A DNA stretch of 64,000 bases from an uncultured Lentisphaerales bacterium. GTDB lineage: Bacteria; Verrucomicrobiota; Kiritimatiellia; RFP12; CAZZCT01. This document shows, piece after piece, positions 35,579-45,350 of the stretch. Every line of letters starts with the position of its first letter. Within the stretch, counting starts at the first letter, position 1. Position numbers and translations under genes: made by a program. The notes below the pieces were generated by a model. That model ran no database searches. It was not told the origin of the DNA and worked only from the letters and a program-made list of their open reading frames with translations. The stretch is from the NCBI GenBank assembly GCA_964652365.1, contig CAZZCT010000003.1, positions 158-64,157 on the forward strand, read 5' to 3'.

Positions 35579-37132
35579 ATGCCAGCGACCTCTCTCATCC
35601 TGCGGGCCGACGGCGGTTTCCACATGGGAACAGGGCACCTGATGCGCATGCACGCCCTGGCGGTCGCCGCACGCCGGGCCGGCTGGCGCGTGCGGCTGAT
35701 CACGGTTTGCGACATCCCCGCCGTGCTCGCGCGCTTCACGGCCGCCGACGTCGAAGTGGCACGCCTGCCTGCGGCCTATCCCGCCCTGGTCGACCAAACG
35801 GAGACGCTCCGCCAAGCCGCGGAGATGGACGACCCGTGGTTGGTGCTGGACGGGTATGCGTTCGATTCAAGCTACCAACGCGGCCTTCAGGCTGCGGGCC
35901 GCCGCGTTTTGGTCGTTGACGACTACGGCCACCAACCGCGCTACGACTCGGACATTCTGCTCAACCCGAACGTGACCGCCTCATCTATCGCCTACAATCT
36001 ACCGAGCGGAACACGACGGCTGCTCGGCCCGCGCTTTGCGCTGCTGCGACCGGAGTGGCGCCAGCAAGCCTGCGTACGCGGCATCCGCGAGGCTCCGCCT
36101 CGCGCAACACGGCTGCTGGTCTGTCAGGGGGGCAGTGACCCGGTCATGGCCACGGTCCGCGTGCTCGAGGCGCTGGCGCTCATCCGGGACCGGACGCTGT
36201 CGTTGTGCGTGCTGGTGGGAGCAGCCAACCCGCACCGCGCCGAAGTGGAGGCCGTAGCTGCCCGCAGCCCCCATGCCGTCAACGTGCTAGTTGATCCGCC
36301 TGATCTGGCTGCGCGCCTGAGCGCCGTGGAGATGGCCGTGAGCGCCGCGGGAACCATGGCACTCGAACTCGCCTGCCTGCGTGTACCGGGATTCGTCACC
36401 GTGCTCGCCGACAACCAGGCCGCCGCCGCGCAGGAACTGGAGCGTCAAGGACTCTTTGAGAACCTAGGCTGGGCGCAAGCTTGCACAGCCGATCACATGG
36501 CCGCGCGAATCCGCGCCTTGGCCGACGCCCCTGATGTCCGTACCGCCCAGTGTGTGGCCCAGCACCAACGGGTGGACGGCCTAGGGTGTGAACGTACGCT
36601 ACATGTCCTCGGTACGCACGCCGAACGCCTGTTTGCCGGCCGTCTGGCGACTCGCCCGGCCCGCCCCGACGACTGCCGGGTATACTTCGACTGGGCGAAT
36701 GATCCATTCAGCCGTGCCAACAGCTTCACCACCGCACCCATCGCCTGGGAAGCCCATGTCAGCTGGTTCCAAGCACGCCTGGCCGACCCGGGAGCGTTCC
36801 TGACTGTTCTGGAACTGGACGGCCTGCCAGCCGCTCAGGTTCGCTACCAGCGCCGCCCTACCGGGCGAGCGGAGATCAGCTTCGGGGTCGACGTGTCACT
36901 GCGCGGGCTGGGACTGGGACGCTGGCTGGTGGCCGCCACACTGCGCACAGCCTGCGGCCAACTGGGCGTGTCAGGGGTCTCGGCACGCACGCGGCCGGAG
37001 AATGCCCCATCGATCCGAGTCTTCCAAGCGCTCGGCTTTTCCGAGCAGACCTCCGAAGGTGGCGGTGCAGCCGAGCGGACATTCATCCTCGATCCGGTGC
37101 CAACGGCACAAGAGACGTTCCATGAAAGCTAA
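35579..37132 (+). CDS. pseG: Bifunctional PseG (UDP-2,4-diacetamido-2,4,6-trideoxy-beta-L-altropyranose hydrolase) fused to a PseH-type GNAT N-acetyltransferase
   Basis: N-terminus ILRADGGFHMGTGHLMRMHALA is PseG-like. The C-terminal ~160 aa form a GNAT fold (AQVRYQRR...ISFGVDVSLRGLGLGRWLV...ENAPSIRVFQALGF). No separate pseH is present in the locus. Confidence 0.8.
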   Translation: MPATSLILRADGGFHMGTGHLMRMHALAVAARRAGWRVRLITVCDIPAVLARFTAADVEVARLPAAYPALVDQTETLRQAAEMDDPWLVLDGYAFDSSYQRGLQAAGRRVLVVDDYGHQPRYDSDILLNPNVTASSIAYNLPSGTRRLLGPRFALLRPEWRQQACVRGIREAPPRATRLLVCQGGSDPVMATVRVLEALALIRDRTLSLCVLVGAANPHRAEVEAVAARSPHAVNVLVDPPDLAARLSAVEMAVSAAGTMALELACLRVPGFVTVLADNQAAAAQELERQGLFENLGWAQACTADHMAARIRALADAPDVRTAQCVAQHQRVDGLGCERTLHVLGTHAERLFAGRLATRPARPDDCRVYFDWANDPFSRANSFTTAPIAWEAHVSWFQARLADPGAFLTVLELDGLPAAQVRYQRRPTGRAEISFGVDVSLRGLGLGRWLVAATLRTACGQLGVSGVSARTRPENAPSIRVFQALGFSEQTSEGGGAAERTFILDPVPTAQETFHES

Positions 37133-38162
37133 CATCGTTCTTGGCCAATTCCTTGCGTCCCATGTGCAGATCGTGGCCGAGCTTTCCGCCAACCATGGCG
37201 GCAGCCTGGAGCGCGCACTGGCCACGGTGCGCGCGGCCGCAGCGGCCGGTGCGGACGCCATCAAGCTGCAGACCTACACGGCCGACACGCTCACGCTCGC
37301 CTGCGACAGCGACCTGTTCCGTGTCCATGGCACGGCGTGGGCCGGGCGGACACTCTACGATCTCTACCGGGAGGCCCACACACCGTGGTCGTGGCACCCG
37401 GTGCTCCGCGATGAGATTCAGCGCGCGGGGCTGGAATGGTTCTCGACGCCCTTCGACCGGACTGCCGTGGAATTTCTGGAGACCTTGCACGTCCCGCGCT
37501 ACAAGATCGCATCGTTCGAGTTGGTCGACACGCCGCTACTGCGACAGGTGGGCGCCACCGGCAAGCCCGTCGTGCTCTCGACGGGAATGGCAACCCAAGA
37601 AGAGATCGCGCAGGCAATCCGCGTGCTGCGCGAATCGGGCTCCGGCCCCGTGACGTTGCTCAAGTGCACGAGCGCCTATCCGGCGCCGCCCGAGAGCATG
37701 AACCTGCTGACGATTCGGGACATGCGCGAACGCTTCGGCCTGCCGACTGGGCTCTCGGACCACACGCTGGGCATTGCCGTGCCAGTTGCAGCCGCCGTCA
37801 TGGGCGCCGTTCTGATCGAGAAGCATTTCACGCTCCGCCGAGCCGACGGAGGGCCCGATGCCGCCTTTTCGCTCGAACCGGAGGAGTTCCGGACCATGGT
37901 GGACGCCGTGCGGACAGCGGAGCGCGCGCTGGGTACGGTGCGCTACGGACCCACGGACGAGGAAGCCGCCAGCCTGGCCTTCCGCCGTTCATTGTTCGTG
38001 GTACAGGACATGGAACGCGGTGAGGTCTTTGACGAGCACAACGTGCGCTCAATCCGGCCGGCACACGGTCTGCCACCCAGCCAACTGCCGGTCATTCTGG
38101 GACGTAAGGCCGCCTGCGCAATTCTTCGCGGCACGCCGCTGGCGTGGAATCTGGTAGCTTGA
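37122..38162 (+). CDS. pseI: Pseudaminic acid synthase (NeuB family), PseI
   Basis: The internal ATG at 37122 lies within track ORF 37002..38162. Motifs VAELSANHGGSLERA, YKIASFELVDTPLL and LLKCTSAYPAP, plus a C-terminal SAF domain. It overlaps the pseG-H end by 11 nt. Confidence 0.88.
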   Translation: MKANIVLGQFLASHVQIVAELSANHGGSLERALATVRAAAAAGADAIKLQTYTADTLTLACDSDLFRVHGTAWAGRTLYDLYREAHTPWSWHPVLRDEIQRAGLEWFSTPFDRTAVEFLETLHVPRYKIASFELVDTPLLRQVGATGKPVVLSTGMATQEEIAQAIRVLRESGSGPVTLLKCTSAYPAPPESMNLLTIRDMRERFGLPTGLSDHTLGIAVPVAAAVMGAVLIEKHFTLRRADGGPDAAFSLEPEEFRTMVDAVRTAERALGTVRYGPTDEEAASLAFRRSLFVVQDMERGEVFDEHNVRSIRPAHGLPPSQLPVILGRKAACAILRGTPLAWNLVA

Positions 38163-38191
38163 CGGCCGGAGCGCCGGATGCAGGGAAGCCT

Positions 38192-39646
38192 ATGCGAATT
38201 CTCTTTCTCGAACACTACAGCCAGTGGGTGCCACACTTCGGCACCACTCTGGAGTTGATCGAGCAGCACGTCGAGCAGGGCGATGAAGTCTGCCTGGTCT
38301 GCTGCAACCGCAGCATCCCAACGTGTGATGTCAACGCCGACCACGGCCTTCGCTCCTGCGCGACGTGCTGGATCGCGCGGCGGCAAGGCCTGGCGACGCT
38401 CTCGCGCCGCATCGCCCTTCGCTGGACACCGCTGGTCACGCCCGAGATGCGCCGCGAGGCCGCAACACTCCGCACGCGCTTCGCGACCACGGACGAGCTT
38501 AAAGCCTACGCAATCGGCAACCTGGACATCGGCTATGCGGTGCTTTCGTCACTGGTCTCACGGCTACGTGATCCCTACCCGGATCTGTTGCGGCACGAGC
38601 CCGCGGTGAACAGCCTGGCCGTCACGACGCTCTACACCTACCGCACGCTGCTGCGGCATATCGACACATTCCGCCCCGACCGGGTGTACCTGGCCAACGC
38701 GCGCCTCGCGCCGATGCGGGCCGCGATGCGGGCCTGTGAGGCTCGCGGCGTCTCGTTCGTTGTGCACGAACGCGGCCACGACACTCACCATTACGCGCTG
38801 TTTGCCAACACCATGCTCCATGACGCCGCGCAATGGGAGGCAAACATCCGCGCCTCCTGGCAATCGGCCGAACCGACGGAACGTGAGCGCAAGGGCGCCG
38901 CTTTCTTCGAGGCGCGCGCGCGGGGAGCCGACCAAGGCTGGATGTCGTTCGTGCGCGACCAAGATGCCACGCAGCTGCCCGCCGACTGGGACCCCGCATG
39001 CCGGAACGTCGTGATCTTTCTGTCATCGGAGGACGAGTACGTCGCCATCAACCCCTCCTGGCGCTATCCGTTCTTCCGCGATCAACTCGAGGGCCTCACG
39101 GGCCTCATCGCGCGCCTGGCAGTCGTGATCCCGCCGAACATGCACCTTTACCTGCGCGCCCATCCCAACATGCGCGCCATCGTCAATCCCTATGCCCGCC
39201 GTTTCGGCAAACTGACCGCACCGTTTCTGACCTTCATTCCCCCGGAGAGCCCGGTCAGCACCTATCGGCTCATCCAAGCCGCCGAGAAGGTCGTTTCGTT
39301 CGGCTCGACCGTCGGCATTGAATCGGTTTATTGGGGTAAGGCCTCGATCCTCTGCGGTCCCAGCCTGTACGCCGGACTCGGGGGCACGTATGGGCCCGAC
39401 TCGTGGCAATCACTGCTCGATCTGGTGCTGGACCCAGCCCTGCCACCCGGCGACCGTGGGGCCGCGCTCATGTACGGGCACCACCTGAGCACGTTCGGCA
39501 CCCCATTCCGCCATTACACGCCGCATGGGTTCTTCGAGGGGACGTTCCGGGGCCGAACCTTAGGCGTGCCAGCTTGGCTGCATCACCTGGCACACGTTGC
39601 CGATCGCGCGCGACGAGTGGCCGGCCGCCTGAAACGTGCGCGCTAG
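38192..39646 (+). CDS. Capsule_synth (KpsS/KpsC-like) family protein with an N-terminal Cys cluster; putative CMP-pseudaminic acid transferase
   Basis: The internal ATG at 38192 gives MRILFLEHY. Cys cluster: CLVCCNRSIPTCDVNADHGLRSCATCW. LYLRAHPNMR and SFGSTVGIESVYWGK resemble the HP and G-x-E motifs of KpsS-type transferases. The gene immediately follows pseI. Confidence 0.45.
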   Translation: MRILFLEHYSQWVPHFGTTLELIEQHVEQGDEVCLVCCNRSIPTCDVNADHGLRSCATCWIARRQGLATLSRRIALRWTPLVTPEMRREAATLRTRFATTDELKAYAIGNLDIGYAVLSSLVSRLRDPYPDLLRHEPAVNSLAVTTLYTYRTLLRHIDTFRPDRVYLANARLAPMRAAMRACEARGVSFVVHERGHDTHHYALFANTMLHDAAQWEANIRASWQSAEPTERERKGAAFFEARARGADQGWMSFVRDQDATQLPADWDPACRNVVIFLSSEDEYVAINPSWRYPFFRDQLEGLTGLIARLAVVIPPNMHLYLRAHPNMRAIVNPYARRFGKLTAPFLTFIPPESPVSTYRLIQAAEKVVSFGSTVGIESVYWGKASILCGPSLYAGLGGTYGPDSWQSLLDLVLDPALPPGDRGAALMYGHHLSTFGTPFRHYTPHGFFEGTFRGRTLGVPAWLHHLAHVADRARRVAGRLKRAR

Positions 39647-39731
39647 ATTCGTCGTGCCGGGCCATCGGAAGGGGGCGCATCGCGCGTCCGCCAGCCCGCT
39701 CCGCAGACTCGGTCGAGCAGCCGGGACGAGC

Positions 39732-42275
39732 CTACTCCGCTCCACGTGCCGCAGGCTGATTTCTGTGGCAGAGCCGCTGCATGATCGGCAGCAGCAGCCA
39801 TGTCGGCACCAGTGCAAGCGTCAAGAGGCTGGCGGCGGGCCACAGCCACTTGCGGGGGGCTCGCAAGGTCACAGTATGCCGGCCGGCCGGAATCCAGACG
39901 CCCGTCCAAAGTCCGGTAGATTGCCAGACGGGCACGCGCTGACCGTCCAGACACGCCACCAGGTTCGGATCGTAGGCCATACGCACCGTGAGGAGCCGAG
40001 GGGCCGGCACGTTGGCATCCACCCGTGTGGCCAGCGCGCCGTCGGCATTGCGCCAGCGCTCAACGTGCACGTCGCCCACCCTGGCATCGGTGCCGAACCC
40101 AGCGCGTTCGGGCGGACAATCGCCCCCGATCGCGACCCACATACGCAGATCGCCCGTTTGTCCAGCCAGCCAAGCCGCCTGCCGCGCCGGCGCCACATTG
40201 GTCCACGCCGGGCTGAGCCAGACCGGCGGAAGGGCGTGCGCCACCCGCAGCAAAGCCTGCGCCTCAGATCCCTCGCCAGCGGGCACGACCCGACCATCCG
40301 TGATCCCGAACACATCGATGAGGGTGGTACGACCTCCGGTCAGACCGCGGGCCGCCTGCGCCGGAATCACTGCGAACGAGGCGCCACTGATCTCCCAGAA
40401 GCGCACGGGGTCGTGGGCCAGCGTAGACATCAATTGGCCTGCCGGTGTTGTGGCACGATTGTGCGGCGCCGGCACGCAGTTCGCGATGCCCTGCGACAAA
40501 GCCGCACAGGTGAACCAGTTGACATAGGTGTTGGGCGTCGCGTAGTTAGCAACCACTGGTGCAAGCGGCACGGCGTCCCGCACGCGCTTCGCGATGGGAT
40601 TGGGCCGGTACCACGCGGCAACATCGGCCGCCTCGATGAAGCGGCGGTTCACAGCCACCAGATCGCAACCGACCGCCAGCCAGAGGATCGCCAGCACGAC
40701 GGCGACCGGCGCCCGGCGGCTTGCAACCAGCCAGCCCAGACCGGCCGCAAGCGCGATCAGCAGGGCGCCGTGCAGCAACGCGCCAGCCATCTGGCGCGCC
40801 AGCACCGGCGCCAGGCCCGCGATCCCCATGGCCTGCCAGTGCGTAATCAGCGGCGCGGCACCGGCCCGGACCCACACGGCGCCCATCAGCAGCAGGCCGG
40901 CACCTGCCAGCGTGGCAACGGTCCAGCGCGTGACGGTACGCCGTCGCGCATAGTCGACTGCGGCCGTCGCGGTTGAAGTCAGCGCCGCCATCAGACCGCA
41001 GCCGAAGAGGCAGGCCGTGCCGATCTCAGCCAGGTGTACAAACTTGACCGGCGCGCGCAGCAGCGCCATGCCTGGCACGTGGTAGAAGAGCCGGTAGAAC
41101 GGCGTGTAGCGCCCGCACGCCAACACCAGGGCCACGGCACACGCGCCAATCCAGAACGGCACATCGCGCAACCAGGGCTCCAGCGGTTCGTCCCGCCCGC
41201 GCCGCCGTCGGGCGACCCAGGCCCACACCGCGAAGCAGGCAAAGGCCACCTGCACGGCTCCAAGGTAGATCGTGTGCTGCCGGAAGCTCAGGAATCCCTG
41301 GCGGTTCTGCCACCACCCGAACGTACGGCCCAACCGACCCCAGTAGGGACGTTTGGCATCTCTCGGCTGGGTTCCGAACACGCACGGCACCACAAACTCC
41401 AGCATGTCCTCGGGCGGCAGGCTCCAGTCGGTGGCAAAGATCCACTGCTCGTGCGCCGCCTGGGCGCGTTCGCTGGCCGCCGCCGCGGGATCCGGGGTCG
41501 CAACCGGCCCGACCGCGGACGGCGGACGGGATGTCTGCGCGATCTGGGCCAAGCGATGCGGCAGCAGGTCGGCGAAGACCGTGCGAAAGACACTGCCCCC
41601 CGCCAGCATGAAGGCGGCCACGGCCCACAGGAAACGCGGCCACACCCGCACCAGCCGCCGACCGCATCCCTCATCCGGACGAGCCGCCGCGCGGCTGAAG
41701 GTCAGCCAGAGCGCGTAGGCGGCGGCCAGTGCCAGTACCAGCACAAACACATCGGGCTGGTTGAGCGCCCCCCACCCCAGACAGAGCCCCAACAGCATAA
41801 ACGGCGTCACACGGCGACTCTCGAACCCTCGTAGGATCAGTCCGAACGCAAACACCGTGTAGGCCATCATGTGGAAGTAGCCACGGTGACCGGCAGAGAC
41901 CAGCGTGAAGGTGTAACCGGAGAAACCCAACGCCGTGCCGGCCAGCCAAGCCACGCCCGGTCGCACGTGCCGGCCGGTGAGATAAAGGGCGCCGGCTGCC
42001 GCCAGCAGGAGCGAGTCAACCAGGTAGGTCAAATCATGCACATGCAACTCGGGCAACACCAGCCAGAGTAGCCAATGCGGCGCAATCGACGTGCCCTGGA
42101 CCAGCGTGCTTTCAAGCCAGCGCAGGGCCTGGTGCGGCAGGTAGAATGGGCCGGAATCGGGTGACGGCAGCACCTGGTAGAGCGGCAAGACGGGCCAGAA
42201 GATGGCCACGCAAACCGTCAACGCCGCCAGGAAGGGCAGTATCCGCAGAAGCCAACGCCAGATGCCTGTTGCCAT
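39732..42275 (-). CDS. Large polytopic membrane protein (~14 TM helices plus a ~280-aa C-terminal extracytoplasmic domain); YfhO/GT-C-like glycosyltransferase or polymerase candidate
   Basis: 847-aa ORF starting at an ATG. The topology is inferred from hydrophobic segments. The C-terminal beta-rich domain ends in a final TM helix (WPAASLLTLALVPTWLLLPIM). The functional family is uncertain. Confidence 0.5.
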   Translation of the reverse strand: MATGIWRWLLRILPFLAALTVCVAIFWPVLPLYQVLPSPDSGPFYLPHQALRWLESTLVQGTSIAPHWLLWLVLPELHVHDLTYLVDSLLLAAAGALYLTGRHVRPGVAWLAGTALGFSGYTFTLVSAGHRGYFHMMAYTVFAFGLILRGFESRRVTPFMLLGLCLGWGALNQPDVFVLVLALAAAYALWLTFSRAAARPDEGCGRRLVRVWPRFLWAVAAFMLAGGSVFRTVFADLLPHRLAQIAQTSRPPSAVGPVATPDPAAAASERAQAAHEQWIFATDWSLPPEDMLEFVVPCVFGTQPRDAKRPYWGRLGRTFGWWQNRQGFLSFRQHTIYLGAVQVAFACFAVWAWVARRRRGRDEPLEPWLRDVPFWIGACAVALVLACGRYTPFYRLFYHVPGMALLRAPVKFVHLAEIGTACLFGCGLMAALTSTATAAVDYARRRTVTRWTVATLAGAGLLLMGAVWVRAGAAPLITHWQAMGIAGLAPVLARQMAGALLHGALLIALAAGLGWLVASRRAPVAVVLAILWLAVGCDLVAVNRRFIEAADVAAWYRPNPIAKRVRDAVPLAPVVANYATPNTYVNWFTCAALSQGIANCVPAPHNRATTPAGQLMSTLAHDPVRFWEISGASFAVIPAQAARGLTGGRTTLIDVFGITDGRVVPAGEGSEAQALLRVAHALPPVWLSPAWTNVAPARQAAWLAGQTGDLRMWVAIGGDCPPERAGFGTDARVGDVHVERWRNADGALATRVDANVPAPRLLTVRMAYDPNLVACLDGQRVPVWQSTGLWTGVWIPAGRHTVTLRAPRKWLWPAASLLTLALVPTWLLLPIMQRLCHRNQPAARGAE

Positions 42276-42284
42276 GGTGGTTCC

Positions 42285-43658
42285 TCAAGCTTCCCGCGCG
42301 CGCCTCAGCCGGTGTCGCAACGCCAGCTGCACCACCATGCCGGTCACGAAGGCGAGATTGGCCAGAATCATGATGGACACGAAGAACTGCAGTGAGGGTT
42401 GTGTGCGGTCAGCCACCCACTGCCAAAGACCAACCGGCAAGTAAGGCCGCGCCACACTCCAGGCCGGCAGCACGTATAGCAGGCCCGCCTCCAGCAGCAC
42501 CATCGGCGTAACATACCACATGTAGCCAAATCGCCGACAGGCGTTCTCGTGGGCCGTGAAGTAGTCCAACGCGGTGCGCAGGGTGCGCATCAGGCTGACC
42601 TGCCACACGAACCCGGCATAGGCGGCATAGGCCTGCCAAGGGCCCGGCAGCGTGAAAGCCCACGGCATCACCAGGGCGAACAGCACCGTCAGCCCGCCCC
42701 CCATCACCAGGTTAAAGAGTTGCGACTGCACCAGCAGGTTGCGAGTCGACTCCCCGCGCTCGAAACGGTCGGAGACCACCGACCAGAGAAAGGGCGCCAT
42801 GGCGCCGGTGATGTAACTGGGTATGCTGCCGAAGGTCACGGCAAAGTAATAGCCAGCCGAATCGAGTCCGGGCAGCCGCTGGCGGATGACAACCGCTTCG
42901 ATCGGCCCCTGAATGCGCATGGCGAACCCGAGCGCCACCAGCGGCAGCGTATAGGCACACATCTCGCGCAGGTGGCCACGGTACGAGGCCCGCCGGTGCA
43001 TGCCACGCAAGGCCATCGACACCGACACGGCTGTGATCAGCGTGCCCCAGACACCCACTCCAAGCTGCGCCAGTAGATAGCCCAGGGCCCCGAGCGGCGC
43101 GAGCAGCAGAAGCATGCCGGCGAGGCGAATGTAGGGGCCGGTTAAGCCGCCCAGCAGCATGGGATAGAACAACTTCAGGGCACGCAACGCGGAACTCAGC
43201 ACCGGATCGATGCAACTCAGCAAGGCGAACGCGGCAATTGGCCACAGCAGACGGCGATCCGTAACGCCGAGCCGCACGAGGACGGCATCCCCCTTCAGAA
43301 AAAGGTAGCCGGCCATGACCACCGTGAAGAGCGCCGAGACCGCCAGCGCGTCCTGCAGCAGGGCGCGGCACTTGCCGGTCTCACCCCGCGCCATGAAGAC
43401 GTTGAGGAACTTGCCAACCGGTATCAACACCAGACCCAACGGGGTCGAGAAGAGCGCACCGACCGCCATCAACGGGAGCAACGCCCCCAGTTGGTCCGAA
43501 CTCAGCACCCGCGGGACCAGGTAGGTGCCGATCACGATGTTGACCACGTCACCCAGCCGGCTCACCACGAAGGCCAGCGACGTGTACCACCAAAGCGGAC
43601 CCATGCGGGCACGCAACGCTCGCAACCGGTCGGCATATGGAATGGCTGGCATTCGCAT
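42285..43658 (-). CDS. MOP-superfamily polysaccharide flippase (Wzx-like)
   Basis: The internal ATG at 43658 gives MRMPAIPYADRL. About 12-14 TM helices run throughout. The gene sits in a glycan locus next to the large membrane protein, separated by a 9-nt gap. Confidence 0.7.
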   Translation of the reverse strand: MRMPAIPYADRLRALRARMGPLWWYTSLAFVVSRLGDVVNIVIGTYLVPRVLSSDQLGALLPLMAVGALFSTPLGLVLIPVGKFLNVFMARGETGKCRALLQDALAVSALFTVVMAGYLFLKGDAVLVRLGVTDRRLLWPIAAFALLSCIDPVLSSALRALKLFYPMLLGGLTGPYIRLAGMLLLLAPLGALGYLLAQLGVGVWGTLITAVSVSMALRGMHRRASYRGHLREMCAYTLPLVALGFAMRIQGPIEAVVIRQRLPGLDSAGYYFAVTFGSIPSYITGAMAPFLWSVVSDRFERGESTRNLLVQSQLFNLVMGGGLTVLFALVMPWAFTLPGPWQAYAAYAGFVWQVSLMRTLRTALDYFTAHENACRRFGYMWYVTPMVLLEAGLLYVLPAWSVARPYLPVGLWQWVADRTQPSLQFFVSIMILANLAFVTGMVVQLALRHRLRRAREA

Positions 43659-43826
43659 CGGAAATGTGGTTCCCTTATAGCACAAATGGCGGCCGGGAAA
43701 CCAGCGTAACCGGGACGTGGTCTTGACGGCCCCGTGCTCTACCAGCCGTACGCAAGAACGATTGTGTGCGCAGGAGGTTGTGATTCTGCGCGACACCTGG
43801 CAGCAGCCAGTTACCTGACCTTGGCC

Positions 43827-45350
43827 ATGACCAGTGCCGTGCTATTCCTGGTGTTTCGTCGTCCCGAGCCGACCCAGCGCGTCTTCGCCGCGATCCGCGC
43901 GGCCCGGCCGCCGCGGCTCTACGTGGCCGCCGACGGTCCGCGTGCGGACCGCCCCGGCGAAGCCGTCCGTTGCGAGGAGGTGCGGCGCATCGCATCGGCG
44001 ATCGACTGGCCCTGCGAGCTCAAGACGCGTTTCCGCGATACCAATGCCGGATGCAAGGAGGCCGTCTCCTCAGCCATATCGTGGTTCTTCGATCAGGAGG
44101 ATGAGGGGATCGTCCTGGAAGACGACTGCCTTCCGCATCCCGACTTCTTCGGCTTCGCCGAGGAGATGCTGGCTCGCTACCGTACGGACAATCGCATCCT
44201 CTGCATCAACGGTAACCACTCCCTTGGATCGGTGTTCGGCCAAACCGACAGCTACTACTACACCGCCTTTCCAAACATCTGGGGTTGGGCCAGTTGGCGG
44301 CGCGCGTGGCGGCTATACGATGTGACGATGGCGGAGTGGCCCCGATTTCGTGACGACGGGGGTCTGCAACGGGTCTTCGGTCGGAACCGGCTGTCACGTC
44401 AATGGACCCGTGTGCTGGACCAAACCCATCAGGGTGCGATCAACACATGGGACTTCCAATTCGTCTTCGCGGTGTTCAAACAGGGCGGCCTGTGTGTCCA
44501 ACCCTACCAGAACCTCATCACCAACATCGGCCACGGACCCGCCGCCACCTTCACGACCGACCCTCTGGCCCCGCGTGCCAATCAGCCCACCCATGCCCTG
44601 CCGGTTCCCCTGATCCATCCGGAGCAGGTCGTGCGCATCCTTCTGCAGTGCGAATACTCGCTGTCACAACAGCGGCCGATTAAGCGGGCCCTAGGTGCGC
44701 TGGCCCGCCAGCCGTGGGCGCTCCGCGTCTGGCAACGCCTGCTGCGCCTGCGCCGGCCGCCGCGGCCTACGGCGTCGGAACCCGTGCACCTGAACATCGG
44801 CTGCGGCGGCAACCCGGTGCGTGAACCCGGCTGGATCAACCTCGACCTGTGTCCGGCCCGGCACGTCTTCTACGGCGATGCCCGGCGCCCCCTGCCCTTC
44901 CCGAACACCTGCGCCACGACCATCTTCACCGAACACATGATCGAGCACCTCACGCCGGATGAGGCCCGCGCCTTCCTCCGCGAGTGCCGCCGCGTGCTGC
45001 AGCCGGACGGCGTCCTGCGCGTGGCCACGCCCGACCTGGCGGCCGTCGGCCGCCTGCTCACAACCGACACGCCGGAAACCCGCGACTACCTGGCGTCAGC
45101 CGGCCGGGCCGGCGGCGCCACCACGCGCGACGCGGCTGTGAACCAACTCTTCTACGGACATGGCCACCGCCAGATCTTCAGCGCGGACTCCCTCGCGGCC
45201 CTACTCGCGGAGTGTGGTTTCCGCGCGGCGCGCCGCGCGGAAGTCGGCCAGTCGGAGCACCCCACGTTGCGCGACCGCGAACGACATGGCGACACGGTCG
45301 GCGCGCAGGCCAACCGCTTCGAAACGCTGGTGATGGAGGCGCGGAAGTAA
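43827..45350 (+). CDS. Bifunctional GT-A-fold glycosyltransferase-like domain fused to a class I SAM methyltransferase
   Basis: The internal ATG at 43827 gives MTSAVLFLVFRRPE. N-domain: LYVAADGPR...GIVLEDDCLPHPDFF (DxD-type EDD). C-domain: VHLNIGCGGNPVREPGWINLDL...GVLRVATPD. Confidence 0.65.
   Translation: MTSAVLFLVFRRPEPTQRVFAAIRAARPPRLYVAADGPRADRPGEAVRCEEVRRIASAIDWPCELKTRFRDTNAGCKEAVSSAISWFFDQEDEGIVLEDDCLPHPDFFGFAEEMLARYRTDNRILCINGNHSLGSVFGQTDSYYYTAFPNIWGWASWRRAWRLYDVTMAEWPRFRDDGGLQRVFGRNRLSRQWTRVLDQTHQGAINTWDFQFVFAVFKQGGLCVQPYQNLITNIGHGPAATFTTDPLAPRANQPTHALPVPLIHPEQVVRILLQCEYSLSQQRPIKRALGALARQPWALRVWQRLLRLRRPPRPTASEPVHLNIGCGGNPVREPGWINLDLCPARHVFYGDARRPLPFPNTCATTIFTEHMIEHLTPDEARAFLRECRRVLQPDGVLRVATPDLAAVGRLLTTDTPETRDYLASAGRAGGATTRDAAVNQLFYGHGHRQIFSADSLAALLAECGFRAARRAEVGQSEHPTLRDRERHGDTVGAQANRFETLVMEARK

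Noticed and set aside
39636-40976. 446-aa ORF on the + strand. The same reasoning applies to 41034-41834 and 21717-23285.
   Set aside because: It is antisense to a polytopic membrane protein gene whose hydrophobic helix periodicity is clear on the minus strand. The translation is Arg/Gly/Pro-rich nonsense-like sequence.
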